A DNA stretch of 63,611 bases, counting the filler, from Reticulomyxa filosa (lineage: Eukaryota > Protista > Foraminifera): assembly GCA_000512085.1 (NCBI GenBank). It is 13 parts of 13 records of this genome, joined end to end, with 100 filler letters (N's around TTAATTAATTAA, not from the genome) between each part and the next. Parts side by side here need not be neighbours in the genome. Positions count along the whole stretch, not along the records: positions 44,049 to 53,127 come from ASPP01019879.1; positions 53,228 to 61,617 come from ASPP01003416.1; positions 61,718 to 63,611 come from ASPP01018081.1; 10 more parts are not named here. The stretch is one strand, 5' to 3'. Shown in pieces: positions 49,666 to 63,611 of the stretch. The stretch's first letter is position 1. Each line of letters starts with the position of its first letter. A program made the position numbers and the translations under genes. Under the pieces are notes generated by a model. The model was not told where the DNA came from. It worked only from the letters and a program-made list of their open reading frames with translations, and searched no databases.

Positions 49666-50191
49666 TTTTTGATTTTTTTCACTTGATAATAATCAAGTCG
49701 AAGTGAATGTTTGGAATTATTACATTTTCTTTTCCCTTACTCTTTTGTTGCTTCCCCTTGGTCACAATTTAGTGACTGCCAGTTCTTGAAAAATTAATGT
49801 TTTGCACTTTTAAATACCAATTTATGTTATGACTTTTCTCGAATCGTACATTTCTCAATACAGCCGGAAATATTATGTTTACTTTTGAAAATTATTTTAA
49901 AGATTTTGATTTTATGAAAATCTTTTGAGTATTGTTTGTGTTTGTTGTTATTTCCTTGAATATGCAAAAGATTAAAAAAATAAGATTCCATTGAACCACC
50001 TAATTAAAAATAAGATTTCGCAATTAATTGAAGTACTTGTGTAACTTGGAAAAAAAAGACTGGTTAAAAGAAAAAAAGAACAACACAATAAGACTACAAA
50101 GTGCAATGCTGGAAGATATCTAAAGTGATAATGATGGAGGAAAGATAGCAAAAAAAAAAAGAATGAAAAGTGAGTTATAAGATGAAAGGGA

Positions 50192-52010
50192 TCAATCATC
50201 AATAGGAATGGAAGTGTCGGAGACACTTGTTTCATCATAGATAGGTACGAGTTGATTAGTTTGAAAGTTTTTGTTAGTAAGCCAAGTGAAGATGATAAAA
50301 ACACAATGGACAAAACTCCAAAGAGTGGAGGCGACTCCTACACCCATCATATCACTTCCCAAATAGGTATGGGCTTCAGCCAGACTATGAAACAAGGTTT
50401 GATAAATAACATACCATTCCTCCACACATGTCACTACCAGCATTATTATCAACAATAATTCACATATCATCAAATTTCGCAAATGCATGCTTGCCTTTTT
50501 TTTTTTTTTTTTTACAAACATACATGTTACATATATACAAATATGTACATATATGTTATACGTATATCAAAAGAAATGAAACTTGTTTTAATTTATTGAT
50601 AAGAGTGGGTGCGCGCAGATGAGGATACAAGCCTTTGTTATCATTGAACTGGTTCAATTTGTCCAAGCATCGTGTTCTGACCACGGACACAATGAAACAG
50701 CAAGTGCCAATCATAGCCAAAGCGCACAGTTTCCATAAATTGTAGCCTTTTGTTTGTTTAATGTAATGTGGTTGCATGTGTAAATGACCTTTTAAATATA
50801 TATACAAACCAATGATGCGAATTGCAACAAAGGTACGATTATTATCTCGATTGTTCCAATCCATCCAAATGCCAAAGATGGATGACGTCCACTCGATGAA
50901 GGTACAGCATATCCAAAGCCACCAAACGCTAATCCAAAACTGCGACAGTTTGACATCGGACATGCTTTGCATGGAATATTCCATTTCTTTTTCTCCACTC
51001 TTTTCCTCACTCTCTTCCGCGCTTACGCTTTTGTTGGGATCATTTTCCATCACACTGTCGTCATTATCATTATCACTATCATTTTCATTATCATTTTCAT
51101 TGTTATTGTTATTGTTATTGTATTGTCATTGTCATTATTATTCATTTGTTTGTATGACAAGTCTTTATTACTCTCATCAAGACTGTCATTGTTACTATTG
51201 CTATTATTGGCTGCGTTCCAATTGTAAACATTTGCAAAGGCACTGTTGTTAATGCTACTGTTCACTGACGACGCCAACGAATGGTAAACCATTTGTCCGC
51301 TCGTCTTGATCCCGTCTTCGATCATCGAGTCTGTTGGCACTTGCCTGCTCCCTTTTATCTGCGTTTTTCTCCTTCCATTTCCATTTCCGTTTTCATTTCC
51401 ATTTCCGTTTTCATTTTCATTTCTCTTTCCATTTCCCTTTCCCTTTTCCTTTCCTTTTCCCTTTCCATTTGTTATATCCTGCTTCTTTTTGCTCTTTTGC
51501 TTTGTCTCCTTGTCCGATTCAGATGACGTGGTCAGGTACAGTTTTGTTATACGTATACTTAATGTTCGAAACCCATACGTTGATAACGTTACCCACAACT
51601 TTTTTTTTTTTTTTTTTTTTTAAAATTGGATAATTGTTGTTGTCATTCATTTAAATGGATAAATTAATGTATGCGTATATGTATACGTATATGTATATGC
51701 ATATATGTGTATGTGTGTATATATAATGATTTATGTACACAACTGGCCAGATCAATGCATAGATAAGGTACACATCAAATAAAAAGCCCATGTTCAGGAC
51801 TAGCTGGCAGATAATACATGCAACTGTAAGTACATGCATTAGGGATATTTGTGGATGGAAATTTCTTTTACTTTTCCTACAGCGTCGAAGCCATGGATAT
51901 AGTGACACGCCACACAAACAGCTACCCACTATCAACATTACAAACCATGACGCCGCGACGATGGAACCACAGGAAGAATTAAAATAAAGACACTTGATAT
52001 AGCTTCCCAT
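50192..52010 (-). CDS. Multi-pass (GPCR-like) membrane protein with a long low-complexity loop (multi-exon)
   Basis: Several hydrophobic helices in ORFs 51651-52010, 50556-51053 and 50192-50521; GK/GN/NE repeats at 51370-51470. Confidence 0.5.
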
Positions 52011-52335
52011 TCTTTCAATGCTGTACCATCAACATATATATATATGTCTCGTTTTTCGTTTCCTCCGTGGCAAGCGTGTTTTTTTAAAAACGTTCTGTTT
52101 TTATTTCCCCTTTCAAAGTTTGCTAGAAAAAATATCGCGAATAATTTCTGTCAAAGTTACTTTGAAAAGCAACAAAATTGTATAATTATATTTTAAAATA
52201 GAAAACAACATTTCTTTGTCAATTCAAATGAATTGAGTTGGTACCAGGTTCAACAAGCGTTTAGAAACACTCCAAAGGATTTTGATAATAATTTTTTTTT
52301 TTAAAACGTTAACTTGAGTGTAGGATCAATTGATA

Positions 52336-52960
52336 ATGCGTAAATTCAGCCTTTGCAATACCTCTCAAAAGCCACAGGTGTGTGTTTTGTTTTTGTGTTT
52401 GAAATCTTGACAACACAGCAAAAGTTGAGTAATGTGACCCCACTTCACAGGACCAAAACACATCGACCCGGTCTGACAAGAACGACAGGGTTAGGATATG
52501 TATATATATATTTTTTTTTTTGCATTATGTGAAAGATGTATGTTAAAAGAAAGTAAAAAAAAATGAAGACAAAAAGGCCATTGGATCTGAAAGGGGCACG
52601 AAAGTGGTCCGAATCGGAGGTGTACGAATGGATGAAAGAGATCGGATATCCGGAATATGCGAGTATATTTCTGCAGAACAACATAGACGGCGAGAGTCTA
52701 TTGGAATTTGGCAAAGAAGACTACGGCAGTTTGGGGATAACAAGTTTGGGCCATCGCAAAGCGTTGGACCGACATATCGATCAATTGCGTCAAGTGGTCA
52801 GTTCGACCAGTCTGAACCCATCTCATTCGCAATCGCGACTGCAACTGCAATCTCAACCCCAATCCCGACTGCAACTGCAATCCCAATCCCAATTGCATCC
52901 ACCATCCTCACCTCACAAAATACCATCTCCAAGAAACGACGAAACGCCCATCTTTAACAA
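52336..52960 (+). CDS. SAM-domain protein, 5' part
   Basis: KWSESEVYEWMKEIGYPEYASIFLQNNIDGESLLEF...LGITSLGHRKAL is a canonical SAM domain. The upstream exons from 52336 are inferred. Confidence 0.85.
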
Positions 52961-53518
52961 AGTTCTTTTTTTTTTTTTTAAAAAAAAAAAGGGGGGGGGT
53001 GGAGGTCATCACATAAAATACCAAAGAAATTATATAACACATATATGTATATTATTTTATGTTGTATGTAACACTATAGTGGATCCCGGTATACTTTATT
53101 CCAAAAAAAATTTTTTTTTTTTTTTTTNNNNNNNNNNNNNNNNNNNNNNNNNNNNNNNNNNNNNNNNNNNNTTAATTAATTAANNNNNNNNNNNNNNNNN
53201 NNNNNNNNNNNNNNNNNNNNNNNNNNNTCCGAGGAACGGTTGATTCCATTGGTGGTAACGCACATGAAAATACCTTTAAATAGTTTCTTTTTTTTGATGA
53301 TGCAATGCTTTTCCAGTTAAATTAAAAATGAAACAAATTTTTTTAATTGATAAAAGAAACTGCAAGCACAAAATCTCTTGTTCAATCACAAGATATTAAA
53401 ACGATTGACGTTGCAACAAATCATAGTAAAAAGATGTCGTATTCGCTGATATTAAAAAAAATTAAAGATAAGCAATTAACGAAGAAAACAGCACAAAAGC
53501 AACACGTAGAGCATTCAA

Positions 53519-54669
53519 TTATACTTTATGGTTAGCGTTATCGTTTTCTATGTCAATTGAATCAGTAGTTTTATTGCTGCTTTTCGGAACAACAAGTCTT
53601 AATGACGCTTGCTCATAATGATAAGCACAGAACAAACAAAATAGCAAGCAAGCAACGCCCACAGTATTGGCGTGTTTATCCCAAATGAGAAAATTGACGA
53701 TGACAGTTAAAATCTTGCAAACATTGCCCAAGACAGTGAAAGTAGCAGCACTTGTTAAATGTCTGGCCAAGAATGCAAAGTAACTCATGCCTAAACCTAA
53801 GCAACAAGACAAGATAAGAAAACCAAATCCAGTATAAGTCGTGGATTTAATGGAAGCCATTTCACCAGTAGTAACTCCAATTACAAGCAAAGGGATACTA
53901 GATAACAAATTGCAATAGTAAACTCTTCCCCAATTCGTTTTCATCGGAATAGCATCACAAACAAATTTGATGTATAATTGGTCAACGCAAAACACTATTG
54001 TTATTTGTATTTTATTATATCAATTGGTAGAATATCAAATACCAAATATGTACATTTGCTTTCTTCGTTTTTGTTTGTTTATTTTTGTTAATTCAATACC
54101 TAGATACCACAACAGCACGAATGTGTAACCATGAATATCATATCCTTGATCTGTGTACATGTATAAAAAAGCACCAACGATTAGACCAAACAAAGTGATC
54201 CACGACTTTATTGATGGCCATTCACGACCTAAACACATATAATCGCCAATCGACACCGCAATTGGTGTTGTCGCTCGAAATACGATAAACGTTTCTACAT
54301 TGCAGTATTGAAGCGTTTTCATATTAAAAAAACTGTCCCCAAAAACACAATTGCTACTAAAATGTAGGGTTTTATTTTTGGCATCTCTAGGTGATCCACT
54401 TCAATAATTTTTAATGTTCCCAAAATATAACAGCACAATGCACTAGTGAACAGCTGTGAAAATAGTACCAAAGATGGAGCTGTTAAATGGTGGACTGCCA
54501 GTTTGTTGATTATCAACATCAGTGATGAGCAAATCATGTATCCCGCCACTGCGAACTTGCACGCGCTGCTAAAGCGTTGCGGTGACGAAGTGGAAGAGGG
54601 GCTAGCCTTCAGATTACCCAATTGTGGGGTGTTATATACTCTTGTCCGAGCTAGCTGTGCTTCCAACAT
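53519..54669 (-). CDS. Golgi nucleotide-sugar transporter (GONST3/4-like GDP-fucose/GDP-mannose transporter, SLC35)
   Basis: GYMICSSLMLIINK, NVETFIVFRATTP, LGREWPS, WGRVYYCNLLS and SAATFTVLGNVCKILTV..IWDKHA. Apparent frameshift at a T-run near 54325. Confidence 0.88.
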
Positions 54670-54941
54670 CGTAATAATAATAATATTCAATGATTAATTT
54701 TTTAAAATATAAATATCCTTTTTAAACTGAAAGTTAAATGTGACCAATCATTCAAAGAATTTGTGAACACTTTTGTCCCTTTTATTTTATTTTGTATTGG
54801 CCAGTTAAAAATAAGGAAAAGTACGTGGAATAAGGACGGATTAGCAAAGAAAAAAGAAATTGCATTGTAAATAAAATTCCAAAAACAGTTGTGAACACTC
54901 TATTCCCTCCAAGGGGATAAAGTAACTAGGAAAAAAACAAG

Positions 54942-57900
54942 TCACTGTGGTTGGCGAATTTGCCTTCTATACATGCCATCGGAATGAATAATTCGATTAT
55001 CGGCAGCCATTTGATCCAATATTTTTTGTAAATAGTAAATATTCATTTTGCTAAATTGAGGATTTAGCTTCATTTGTTTTAATAGGTTAAAAATATTTTC
55101 AACCGATTGTGATTGGAATGTACTTAACAATTGTAAAATGCATGTTTCAAATTCCAACTGTAATTTGGTCTTTTCCTCTTCTGAGGACGGATTCTGCAAA
55201 CCGCGAGTAAAGTTTTGTGTTGACATCATCAGTAGTTCATCTGCCAAATCGTCAGTCAAAACATCATTTGCACCATCCGCGGAACCTCTTCCATTATTAC
55301 CATTCTCACCACCTTTGGAGTTGGCTACTTTCAACATAATTCTGTAAGCCTGCATTTCCTCTTCTTTACTATTACATAAGCGATACAAATTGCTATCATT
55401 TTTTGCACTTGTCAAATGTTTTTCTGCACCACATTTTTTCACCACACCACAGCGTTGCCAATACGTCAAGCTCTCTACTATTTGAGCTTCAGTTAATTTC
55501 AAGGCCTGCTTAATCTCTTGGCCACTAATGTATTTTGGGTTTTTTCCATCTCAGTGGCTTCGTTTTCGAAATGTTCCTATTGTTGATAGAATTACAATGA
55601 AGAAAAAACATAGATAAATAAAAAAGACGTATACGCATGCACAAATGGAGAGACAAACCTGCATAAAAACCAACACCGAAGCAAAGAGTGGGGATTGTAT
55701 TCCAGTCGATACAATTTCCCGCCAATTCAAGCTCCAATTCGACCGAACCAAAAGTGGGCATCCAAATGAGTTTGCGTGGATTCTTCGTCGAGCGATAGGC
55801 AGCATCATAAGCAGAGTACATATTTTGCAACGATTGTGGTAAGTTAAACATTAGATTTTCTTTCTTTGCATCTTTGTCATCGTCATCGCCATCTTCATCA
55901 CTATCTGCATTACTCTTATCATCACAGTCCATGTTACAATCATTTGAATTATCATGCACATTATTCTGTTTTTCATCTTTATATTCGGTCGACTTGTCCA
56001 CATATGACGTCCATCTGCGGAACATTCGATCCGAATATTTTTCCAGCATTTTCATGCGATCATCGTCAGTGTCTATAATGTGAGAAGGCCAATAATGTGC
56101 AGATATAATCTTCGCATCAAATTGTTGGAATGATGTAATTGCAGGAGGAATCTCTGTTTTTTGTGATATGTGTTGCAAGTGTTGATCCACTTGTTGATTG
56201 AAGTCCGTGTTACTATTCAAACGACGACTCTGTTCCAAGTCTTTGATCATTACATCACATTGTTGTAGGCTCTCATCACCAAATCTATTCACGTATACGT
56301 ATTGTATGATTCAATTTTGACATTCTGAAAATAATTTTTTTTTAAGAGAAAAACAAACAAACAAACAAACAAAAAAAAAAAGTAACCTAAGTTTCATTAA
56401 TTCAAGATATTCCACTTCTTTGTTAGTCGCTTCGATATCGGATACTTTGCAGTTGGAGTGAAAGAGACGGTCTCCAAGTAATTTGCGATATTCCTCGACG
56501 AAAATATCGCTATTTCCAAAAATCTTCACAAGCATGGCAATGATGTCCATATTGTCACGACGAAATATATTTGCCAGCGACGACGTTGGTGCGGACCCAG
56601 CATCATCAGCTGCATTGGGTTCGGTCGCATTTCCATCCACTGGGTCATCCTTTGTGCGTAAATCGCTCTCGATTGGGTCAGGTTGCCAACGGTACATTTC
56701 CTCTTCCATTTCTTCTGTTGGCATTTCTGTTCCTTTTTGACATTGCAAACATTAGCTCTTTTTTTTTTTTTTGAGTGTGTGTGTGTATATATGTGTTGTC
56801 TTTTCTCTCTATCCTCTTCCTTTTGAACATTCCTCCCTGTTTGTTTGTATGTGTAGTGAATTTGCAACACCTCTGGAAGCTAGTTCTTTGATATCGATTA
56901 AGTCATCTTCGTTATCTTCAACGTCATCACTGTTTGCCGTGTCCAGCACGTCTTGAGTTGGGTTGGAGTTGTCTGCTTGGCCATCACCATGGACATTGCC
57001 CCGACGACCAGCAGCAGACTCACACTGGTGTGAAACCTTCTTTTCTTGGTACTCTCTCAACAGTCCCTTCCTCACGACTTCTTGATTTTCATTTATCTCA
57101 TCCTGGAACAGATTGTTCACAACACATCGAATCGCATCGTCTCTGCCGCGGAGATACAATGCAATAGGTTCGCCCACAATTTGCAATGTCTTTTTTTTAA
57201 ACAACGTTTGCAAACAAGTAACATGAAAAAGAGCAATTTGCCAAAAAAAAAAAAAAGACAAGGGAAAAGGAAACATTGAAATTGCATACATACCACTCCA
57301 CAAGGATCGAGCATTCGAAGTGTTTTGACGGTTGATATGTACATGTCCACAATTGCATTGGTTTGTGCACCCGAGTGCAACAGGCGTTTTTTGAATGAGT
57401 GCAGTACCTTTATTTGCAGCTCTTGCCAATTGCTTTTCATTTTATTTTATTTGATATTTGATATTTGATATTTGATATTTGACATTTGAAAATAACTTGC
57501 TCCATGTATGTATTGGCTGTAAAAGTAAGACATACGCGGTGTGCTTGAGACAGGTCTTTAGATCAAGTAAGGCTGGCTTGGACTTATCCCAAACCATAAT
57601 GATGTCAAACAGCTCATTGATTCGCATTCGGCCAAACTTTTCATAAAGCAAACTTTCTAAGGATGTTCGAATGGTCTTTATCAATGGGTTGTGCAGCCAA
57701 TTCTCACAGCCTGTTTGTAACCATGCCATTGATCGCTGCTTGGAAGACGAGCAAGAAGAAGACTGTGATTGTGATTGCGATTGTGACTGAGGTTGAGATT
57801 GAGGTTGAGATTGAGAGTGGGGTTGAGATTGATGTCGATGTTGACGTTGGGGCTGAGACTGAAATGAAGAATCAGAAGACGTTGGAGACGAACTTGTCTT

Positions 57901-59798
57901 ACGATTCGTATGGCTCAACTTGCGACGTTTACGCACACCTCCAAAACAGCTGATATTCAAATAATCTTTATTTTGTACTGACGCATGCTCTATTTCCTTT
58001 TGTGTTTTGTGTGTTCCAACACACAAAGCAATACGAATGATCACCAGTAAGCATGTGTGGCTTACTTTGTAAAAAAATACTCACGTGTGACAGCAAATAA
58101 ATAAATAAAAAGGGGTATGCAAATATATGGAATATATGTGTACATATCCATATTATATACACATAAATATAAATATACAAATATATATGCTTATAAAAAT
58201 ATATATGCTTATAAAAATATATATGCTTATAAAAATATATATGTATATACACATATATGTATATGTATACATGTCCCAACGGCAGTTCCTCACGAACAAA
58301 TACGAGGTGGATCCATTTCAACACGACATTGGTGTTCCAGAGTTGGAACTGCCTTAATAGCCCTTTTTTCATAAACACATCATAAGCGGTGCAGACATTG
58401 GGACTAAGAATGGCAGGGTCCGTTTCCATTTGTGCATTGTGGCAGCGCACCAATGATTGATTGGGATTGGCAGCATAACAACGTAACAGCTCTTGATCGA
58501 TATAGCGATGTGCAACATTTAAAACAAGTGGCTGCAACTGCTGCAGCCACTTCAGACGGTCGAGTTTGTAGCAAATCCATTGAAACTGTTTCACATTGCT
58601 ATCATTCAATAATTTCTGTGACGTGGCTGCACAATGTGCTTTTCTCTTTTCCCACTCTTTGCTTTCCATATTCGTTTCGTCCAGAAAACTGCTGTGCTTT
58701 TTATCACTTTGTGCTATCGCTGCCGTGCATTGGCTATCCTCTTCCATTTCACTCCAATCGCCGTTGTGTTCTTTCATCATTTCACTATATAGCTGTTCAC
58801 AAAAACACTATTTTAAATTTCATTTGATTTGCTTCTCCTCACGTCTCATTCCAAAACAAACAAACAAAACTCTTTTGAAATGAATAAAACCATATTCAAA
58901 AAATAATTTAAACAGCAATTGAAATTCCTTGCATTCTGAGCTGAAAAACGTCACATAAACCAGGTCTTCCACTTGCTGTTGCAGCTTTATAAAAACGTCG
59001 CTGCTATTTCTCACTTTCTTTTGTGTCGATGCTGTCCTCTTTGAGGCATTGCGACAGCTATTGAACAAGTGCATTATTTGACAAAGCTGCGATACCGTCA
59101 CATGAATATTGCCAATTTTCTGATTTAACGACTCCATGTTCTATTTTTTTTTTGTTTTTTTTTTTTTTTTTTTTTTTTTGTTGACTTTGTCAAATACAGT
59201 TTTATTTTTTCACAAAAGTGGTAAAAGGTTTGATATTGTGATAATTGCACGTTAGTACCAATGTTCGCTGAGTCATCCATTTCTTGGCAAAAGGAGGGTG
59301 TCATAAAAAATTATTGAGTCAGCAAAAATTTGTTTGGTTTTATTATTATTATTATTGAGAGTACAAAAAGGCACAGAAGAGGAGGAGAAGGGGACAACAA
59401 CAATATATATGTGTTCGCAACAAACATATTAGGGTTACTTTGGTGATGTCGGTCATAAATTGATTCCATATGGTTGTGGAAAAATTGTCTGGGCTCATCA
59501 AAAACCAAGAACTTTCTCCAGTATCATTTAAATGGTAGGCTTGCAAACTCTCAAAATGTACCATCAGAGATTTTGTGATTTGACCCACAAATGGCATGTA
59601 AATATTTGCACATATGTGTGTTTTCAGGTGATTGAAATACCAATCGATCAAAAGGTTCTGAGAACCGTGCTCACACAGCTGCTTCAAATCACGGATAAAG
59701 TTGCCGTTTTCCAGTAAGTTCGGTGGGTTGCAGTCACAATTTCGCATGACTTCTGTCGCATTCTTCCAAGCAGAGCTTGTGACAAATATGGAGTCCAT
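54942..59798 (-). CDS. ANAPC2: Anaphase-promoting complex subunit 2 (cullin domain), multi-exon
   Basis: ELFDII...PALLDLKTCL, RLLHSGA.T, YLRGRDDAIRC, WQPDP, LVKIFGNSDIFVEEYRKLLGDRL, LRFGD..LQQCDVMIKDL, IISAHYWP and RKLIW...GSVELEL. Confidence 0.93.
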
Positions 59799-60233
59799 AA
59801 CTGATTGTTTTTGAAAAGTGAATATCAGATATATCTGAAAGCGTCAGGAATTGTTCCACAAAAAAAAGGGGAAACAAGTTCAGTTTGATCTTTCTGCTTG
59901 TTTAATCAAGAATAAATGTTGGTCTCTTTTTTAAAAACAAGGTAGTGTTTATAGCTAAATAATATGCGGTTTGTCATTGATAATGTGATCATTATTCCGA
60001 GTTAAATGAGTGTGATTTTTGTTGGAAAAATGAATTTGCGAACAAAACAGTGAATGATAACAGATTTTGTAAACTGATTTGGACAAAGACATTTAGTTAT
60101 TAGAAAAGAGATTTTTATCCATGAAATGAATATCACGCCTGAACAAAATTTGTGTTTTTACAATATTATACATACCCAAGGTAATAACAGCGAGACATAG
60201 AAAAAAAAATGGAGTGTTAGATCAAAGGCCAGT

Positions 60234-61617
60234 CTAAAAGCAACACCTCCATTTCGACTGACGAACGTCTTTGACTTCATTGTCGTTCGTTTCGTTGATG
60301 TCATGAGGTTCATTGGAAGCATCCTTTTGAAAAGGAATGGAAGGATCAGGATCCCCAATTCGCCCACATAAAAATATTTGATCTTGGGTTGCATTCATCA
60401 AATAGACATCAAATGGATAATTGAATGACTCTTTGTCATCCGTGCATTCCTTGACGATGTTGTCGGGAAGAGCATTTTCACCCATTTCATCAACGACAAG
60501 TCGAACATTATGTATCAATTGCGACACACATAGCCCAAGTTCTTTTGCTTTCTTCGACATTCTACTGAAGTCAGCCTCAGTCACATCAAATGTATTGTCG
60601 AGAGGTTCTTCCAAAACACTTGATAAGTCCACAAATGTGTCCAAACGTAATTTTGGAAATGACAGTTCCATCACTTGACGTTTGGATTTTTTCAGCGCAG
60701 AGTAGAATTCATTTAAACTGTTGCACATCAAAAAAAAAAAAAAAAGGGTTAGAAGAGGATTTACAATTAAAAAAAAAAAGGATTACCTTATGGGTTTTCT
60801 GCAAATGTGTTCTTTATCCTTTTTTTCAGTTTTTTTGGGAATACGTTTGACAAAGATAAGCGACAAGCGCTCCAACAAATCAGTTTTCTTCAAATGATAG
60901 TCTAGACATACAAAGGTCCAATCTGTGCCGTATTTCTTTCCGTTATAATATCGACACTTTGTTATGCCATTAATGAAAGGTGCGCTTTTCAGTTGTCGTG
61001 AAAGCGTGGAGTCGCTGAAAAATGGCAATGTCTTCGTGTTGCTGGGATCAAAGGAGTACCAAAATATTCCATGAAAATACAATGCACTAATACCGATCGC
61101 AGTTGCTTCGATCAATTGCAGTTGCGAGCCAATCATTGGCGCTTTTGATAATGTGTGTTTGGCCGTCCAATTATTGATTTGTTGAACAATCTCTGCATGT
61201 TTTGATTCGTCATAAAAGCGTGCATGTCGAACTGATTTCTTTATTTATTTTTTATCATTTCTCAGAAAATATGAGAGGGAAAAAAGAAGGGGGGGGGGGA
61301 AAAAAAACTTTAAAAAGTTTTCGAAATCGTGTGATTAATTGATACTCGGAATTGAGAAATAGACAATTGGAAATAAATAAGCATGTAATATTGGGTTCAT
61401 CTTTTAGTTCATCTTCATTATCTTGAGCTTCTTCTTTTTCCTCAGGAGCATCGTTCTCCTCCTGGTCCTCCTGTTCCTCTTGCTCCTCTTCTTTTTTCGT
61501 TTCGTCATTTTGACTCACCTTATCATATTCGTCTTGGTAGTGTGCAATCAGCTTCTTTAGCCACAAAGTCAATTGCTTTGCCTGGGTGTTGCAATCAATA
61601 TCCCAGCATCCCATTTC
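60234..61617 (-). CDS. Divergent serpin (5' end off the contig), multi-exon
   Basis: INNWTAKHT, ALYFHGIFWYSFDPSNT, LSFPKLRL, ADFSRM, VSQLIHNVRLVVDEMG and FNYPF...IFLCGRIGDP. Confidence 0.85.
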
Positions 61618-63193
61618 NNNNNNNNNNNNNNNNNNNNNNNNNNNNNNNNNNNNNNNNNNNNTTAATTAATTAANNNNNNNNNNNNNNNNNNNNNNNNNNN
61701 NNNNNNNNNNNNNNNNNTTTTTATTGATGATAGAGATTCCAAAATGAATTTTTTCTTTATACTCGGATTCTCCACGAAAAATTGCACTTTTTATTTTTTA
61801 TAAATATCAACAGTCTATTAGCATTGGAATTTGAAACTTTTTTAATTTTTTTTTTTTTTTTTTTTGTGTTATGTTAATTTTTGTCATTTTGATTATTTTG
61901 TTGACGAAATATTTCTTAACAATTATTAGATGAAAGTTTTATGACAAGATGGAAAGATTTAATAAAAAATCAAAATGATATTTAAAAACTACACGATTCG
62001 TAGATTTTTTAAAAATTTTTGATTAAATGTTATTTTTTCATGGAGAAACACAATAATCTCTATAACGTGGCATTTTAGATGTCAACTTTCTTTTTTATCC
62101 TCTGTATATTTATCAAGGAGTTGCTAATTACAGAACATATGGATATTCTATTAATCAAAAATGTACTGATTATTATCCAAAAAGTGCAACGTGCTTTTTT
62201 TGTTTCATTTTACTATGTCCTAAAATTGCTTTTTTTTATTATTGGCGAAAAAATTTTATATGTTAATAGTCTTGATTTATGATGTTAGGTGTATGTGTCA
62301 TTTAATTTTTTTTTTTGCAAATTAAAAATAGAATATGATTTTTCTTTCCATAATTATGTTTATGACCTGGGCCAACGGCCACAATAGGATTTTTTTCTTT
62401 TGTGCCATGAGCACTTGAATAAGCTTTTTCTTCAATCTTTTGCACTTGGAAGTATTGATCCGTGCATTACTTTATCCTTTATCATTTCGAAGACTTCATC
62501 AGCTTTTTTCTAGTCTCTATTTACGACTAGTAACCTAAACTTGTTTTTCTTTCCCAAATCAAATTTCTGTCCATGGCACGCCTACACAGTCGTTACCTCC
62601 TAAAAGCAGAAAATAAATTTTCAAATTAATCTTTTGTGAACAAGGACAAAATGTGAGTAAAAAGCTGAAGAAATATACTTTATTGAAAAAATATGCGCGA
62701 AAGAAAAGTTCACTCATGTAAACTTAAGATAAATTATAATTGAGCAATTCTTTTTATTTGATTGAGCAGTTGAATTGATACGATGAAGAGATATTAGTTT
62801 TCTTTTTAATTTGAACAGTTCACTTATTTGTGTTACCCATCAGTTACATAATCTTTTTTCACTCGATGACGAATTGTCTGAAACGTATTATCTGTATAAG
62901 CTAGGAAGTAATGAAACTGCAAAAATGTTTGATAATACGCTTTAGGACTAAATTTTCAACGATACATGGATGTTAGCGTATATAATATGTTATGAATTAT
63001 TCTCAAATTCATTTATTATTTTATTAAAATTCGGAAAGTTATAAACTTAACATTAGCCCCCATATGAAACAATAATCAAATTGAATGTGTTTCTTGTTTT
63101 ATCTCCAAATTCGAATTTTGCAGTCGGCAGAAGATGACACAGTGATATTACCATTTGGCAAGATATCTACTCCCCCTACATGGCTGGTGTTTT

Positions 63194-63604
63194 TTAATTA
63201 CTGTATTTTTTGCCTGATTTCATGTCCCATAGACAAACTGTTTTATCAAATGAACATGATACAATAAATTGACCATTTGGAAAAAATTGTACACGCTTTG
63301 CGACATCGGGATGCACTATTAATTGTTTCATCCTTGCACATGATTTTATGTCCCACAAAGCAATTGTTTTGTCAGTAGATGATGATACTATCATTTGGCA
63401 ATCTGGTGAATATTGTACAATCTCTACACCGCTTAGATGGCCTATCATGTTTTGTATCTCTCTACATGGATATATATCCCATAATTGTATTGCTCCATCA
63501 AATGAACTTGGCACAATAGTTTTACTATCAGGAGAAAAGGATACATACAATATTTTTTCGAAATATTTCTCAAATTTCATTTCTTCTTTTACAGTAGATT
63601 GCAA
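63194..63604 (-). CDS. WD40-repeat protein fragment (likely a degenerate member of an expanded family)
   Basis: VSFSPDSKTIVPSSFDGAIQLWD, GH..VQYSPDCQMIVSSSTDKTIALWD and IVSCSFDKTVCLWD. Confidence 0.85.
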   Translation of the reverse strand: MQSTVKEEMKFEKYFEKILYVSFSPDSKTIVPSSFDGAIQLWDIYPCREIQNMIGHLSGVEIVQYSPDCQMIVSSSTDKTIALWDIKSCARMKQLIVHPDVAKRVQFFPNGQFIVSCSFDKTVCLWDMKSGKKYSN

Positions 63605-63611
63605 AAAAAAC

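Noticed and set aside
54319-54335. Frameshifts in otherwise intact genes (sugar transporter here; methyltransferase near 46750 and 46925) as programmed frameshifting
   Set aside because: They lie in or beside homopolymer runs, and contigs also break at homopolymers, so sequencing error is more likely.
58160-58245. Tandem 18-nt repeat AAAATATATATGCTTATA x3, superficially CRISPR-like
   Set aside because: No spacers; an intronic minisatellite in APC2.

Overview
The window is not one locus. It is 13 short contigs joined by artificial 100-nt linkers (N44-TTAATTAATTAA-N44). Twelve contigs are AT-rich, intron-containing eukaryotic DNA from a protist; the homopolymer-rich introns, many pseudogenes and WD40 relics resemble the foraminiferan Reticulomyxa (inference only). 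Recognisable eukaryotic genes: KDSR-like SDR, TXNDC17, PDH E1-alpha, cysteinyl-tRNA synthetase, RTRAF/C14orf166, a rhodanese-methyltransferase, a NOSIP-like RING protein, mitochondrial RPS16, SAM-domain proteins, a GONST-type nucleotide-sugar transporter, APC2, a divergent serpin, WD40 repeats and degenerate LINE retrotransposons. One 1.39-kb contig (29357-30746) is GC-rich and bacterial. It carries marC, a 55-aa lasso-type RiPP precursor with a canonical leader (Y-17, P-14, L-12, G-8, T-2) and predicted core SVGQRGSKDGGRSGNQKKTSW with Asp9, and the 3' end of a convergent FkbM-family methyltransferase that is missing from the ORF track. This precursor, which has no adjacent B/C maturation genes, is the strongest novelty candidate. 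The second is a repeated, partly inverted multi-gene cassette with pentamer-satellite ends in the 2.9-20.6 kb contig.
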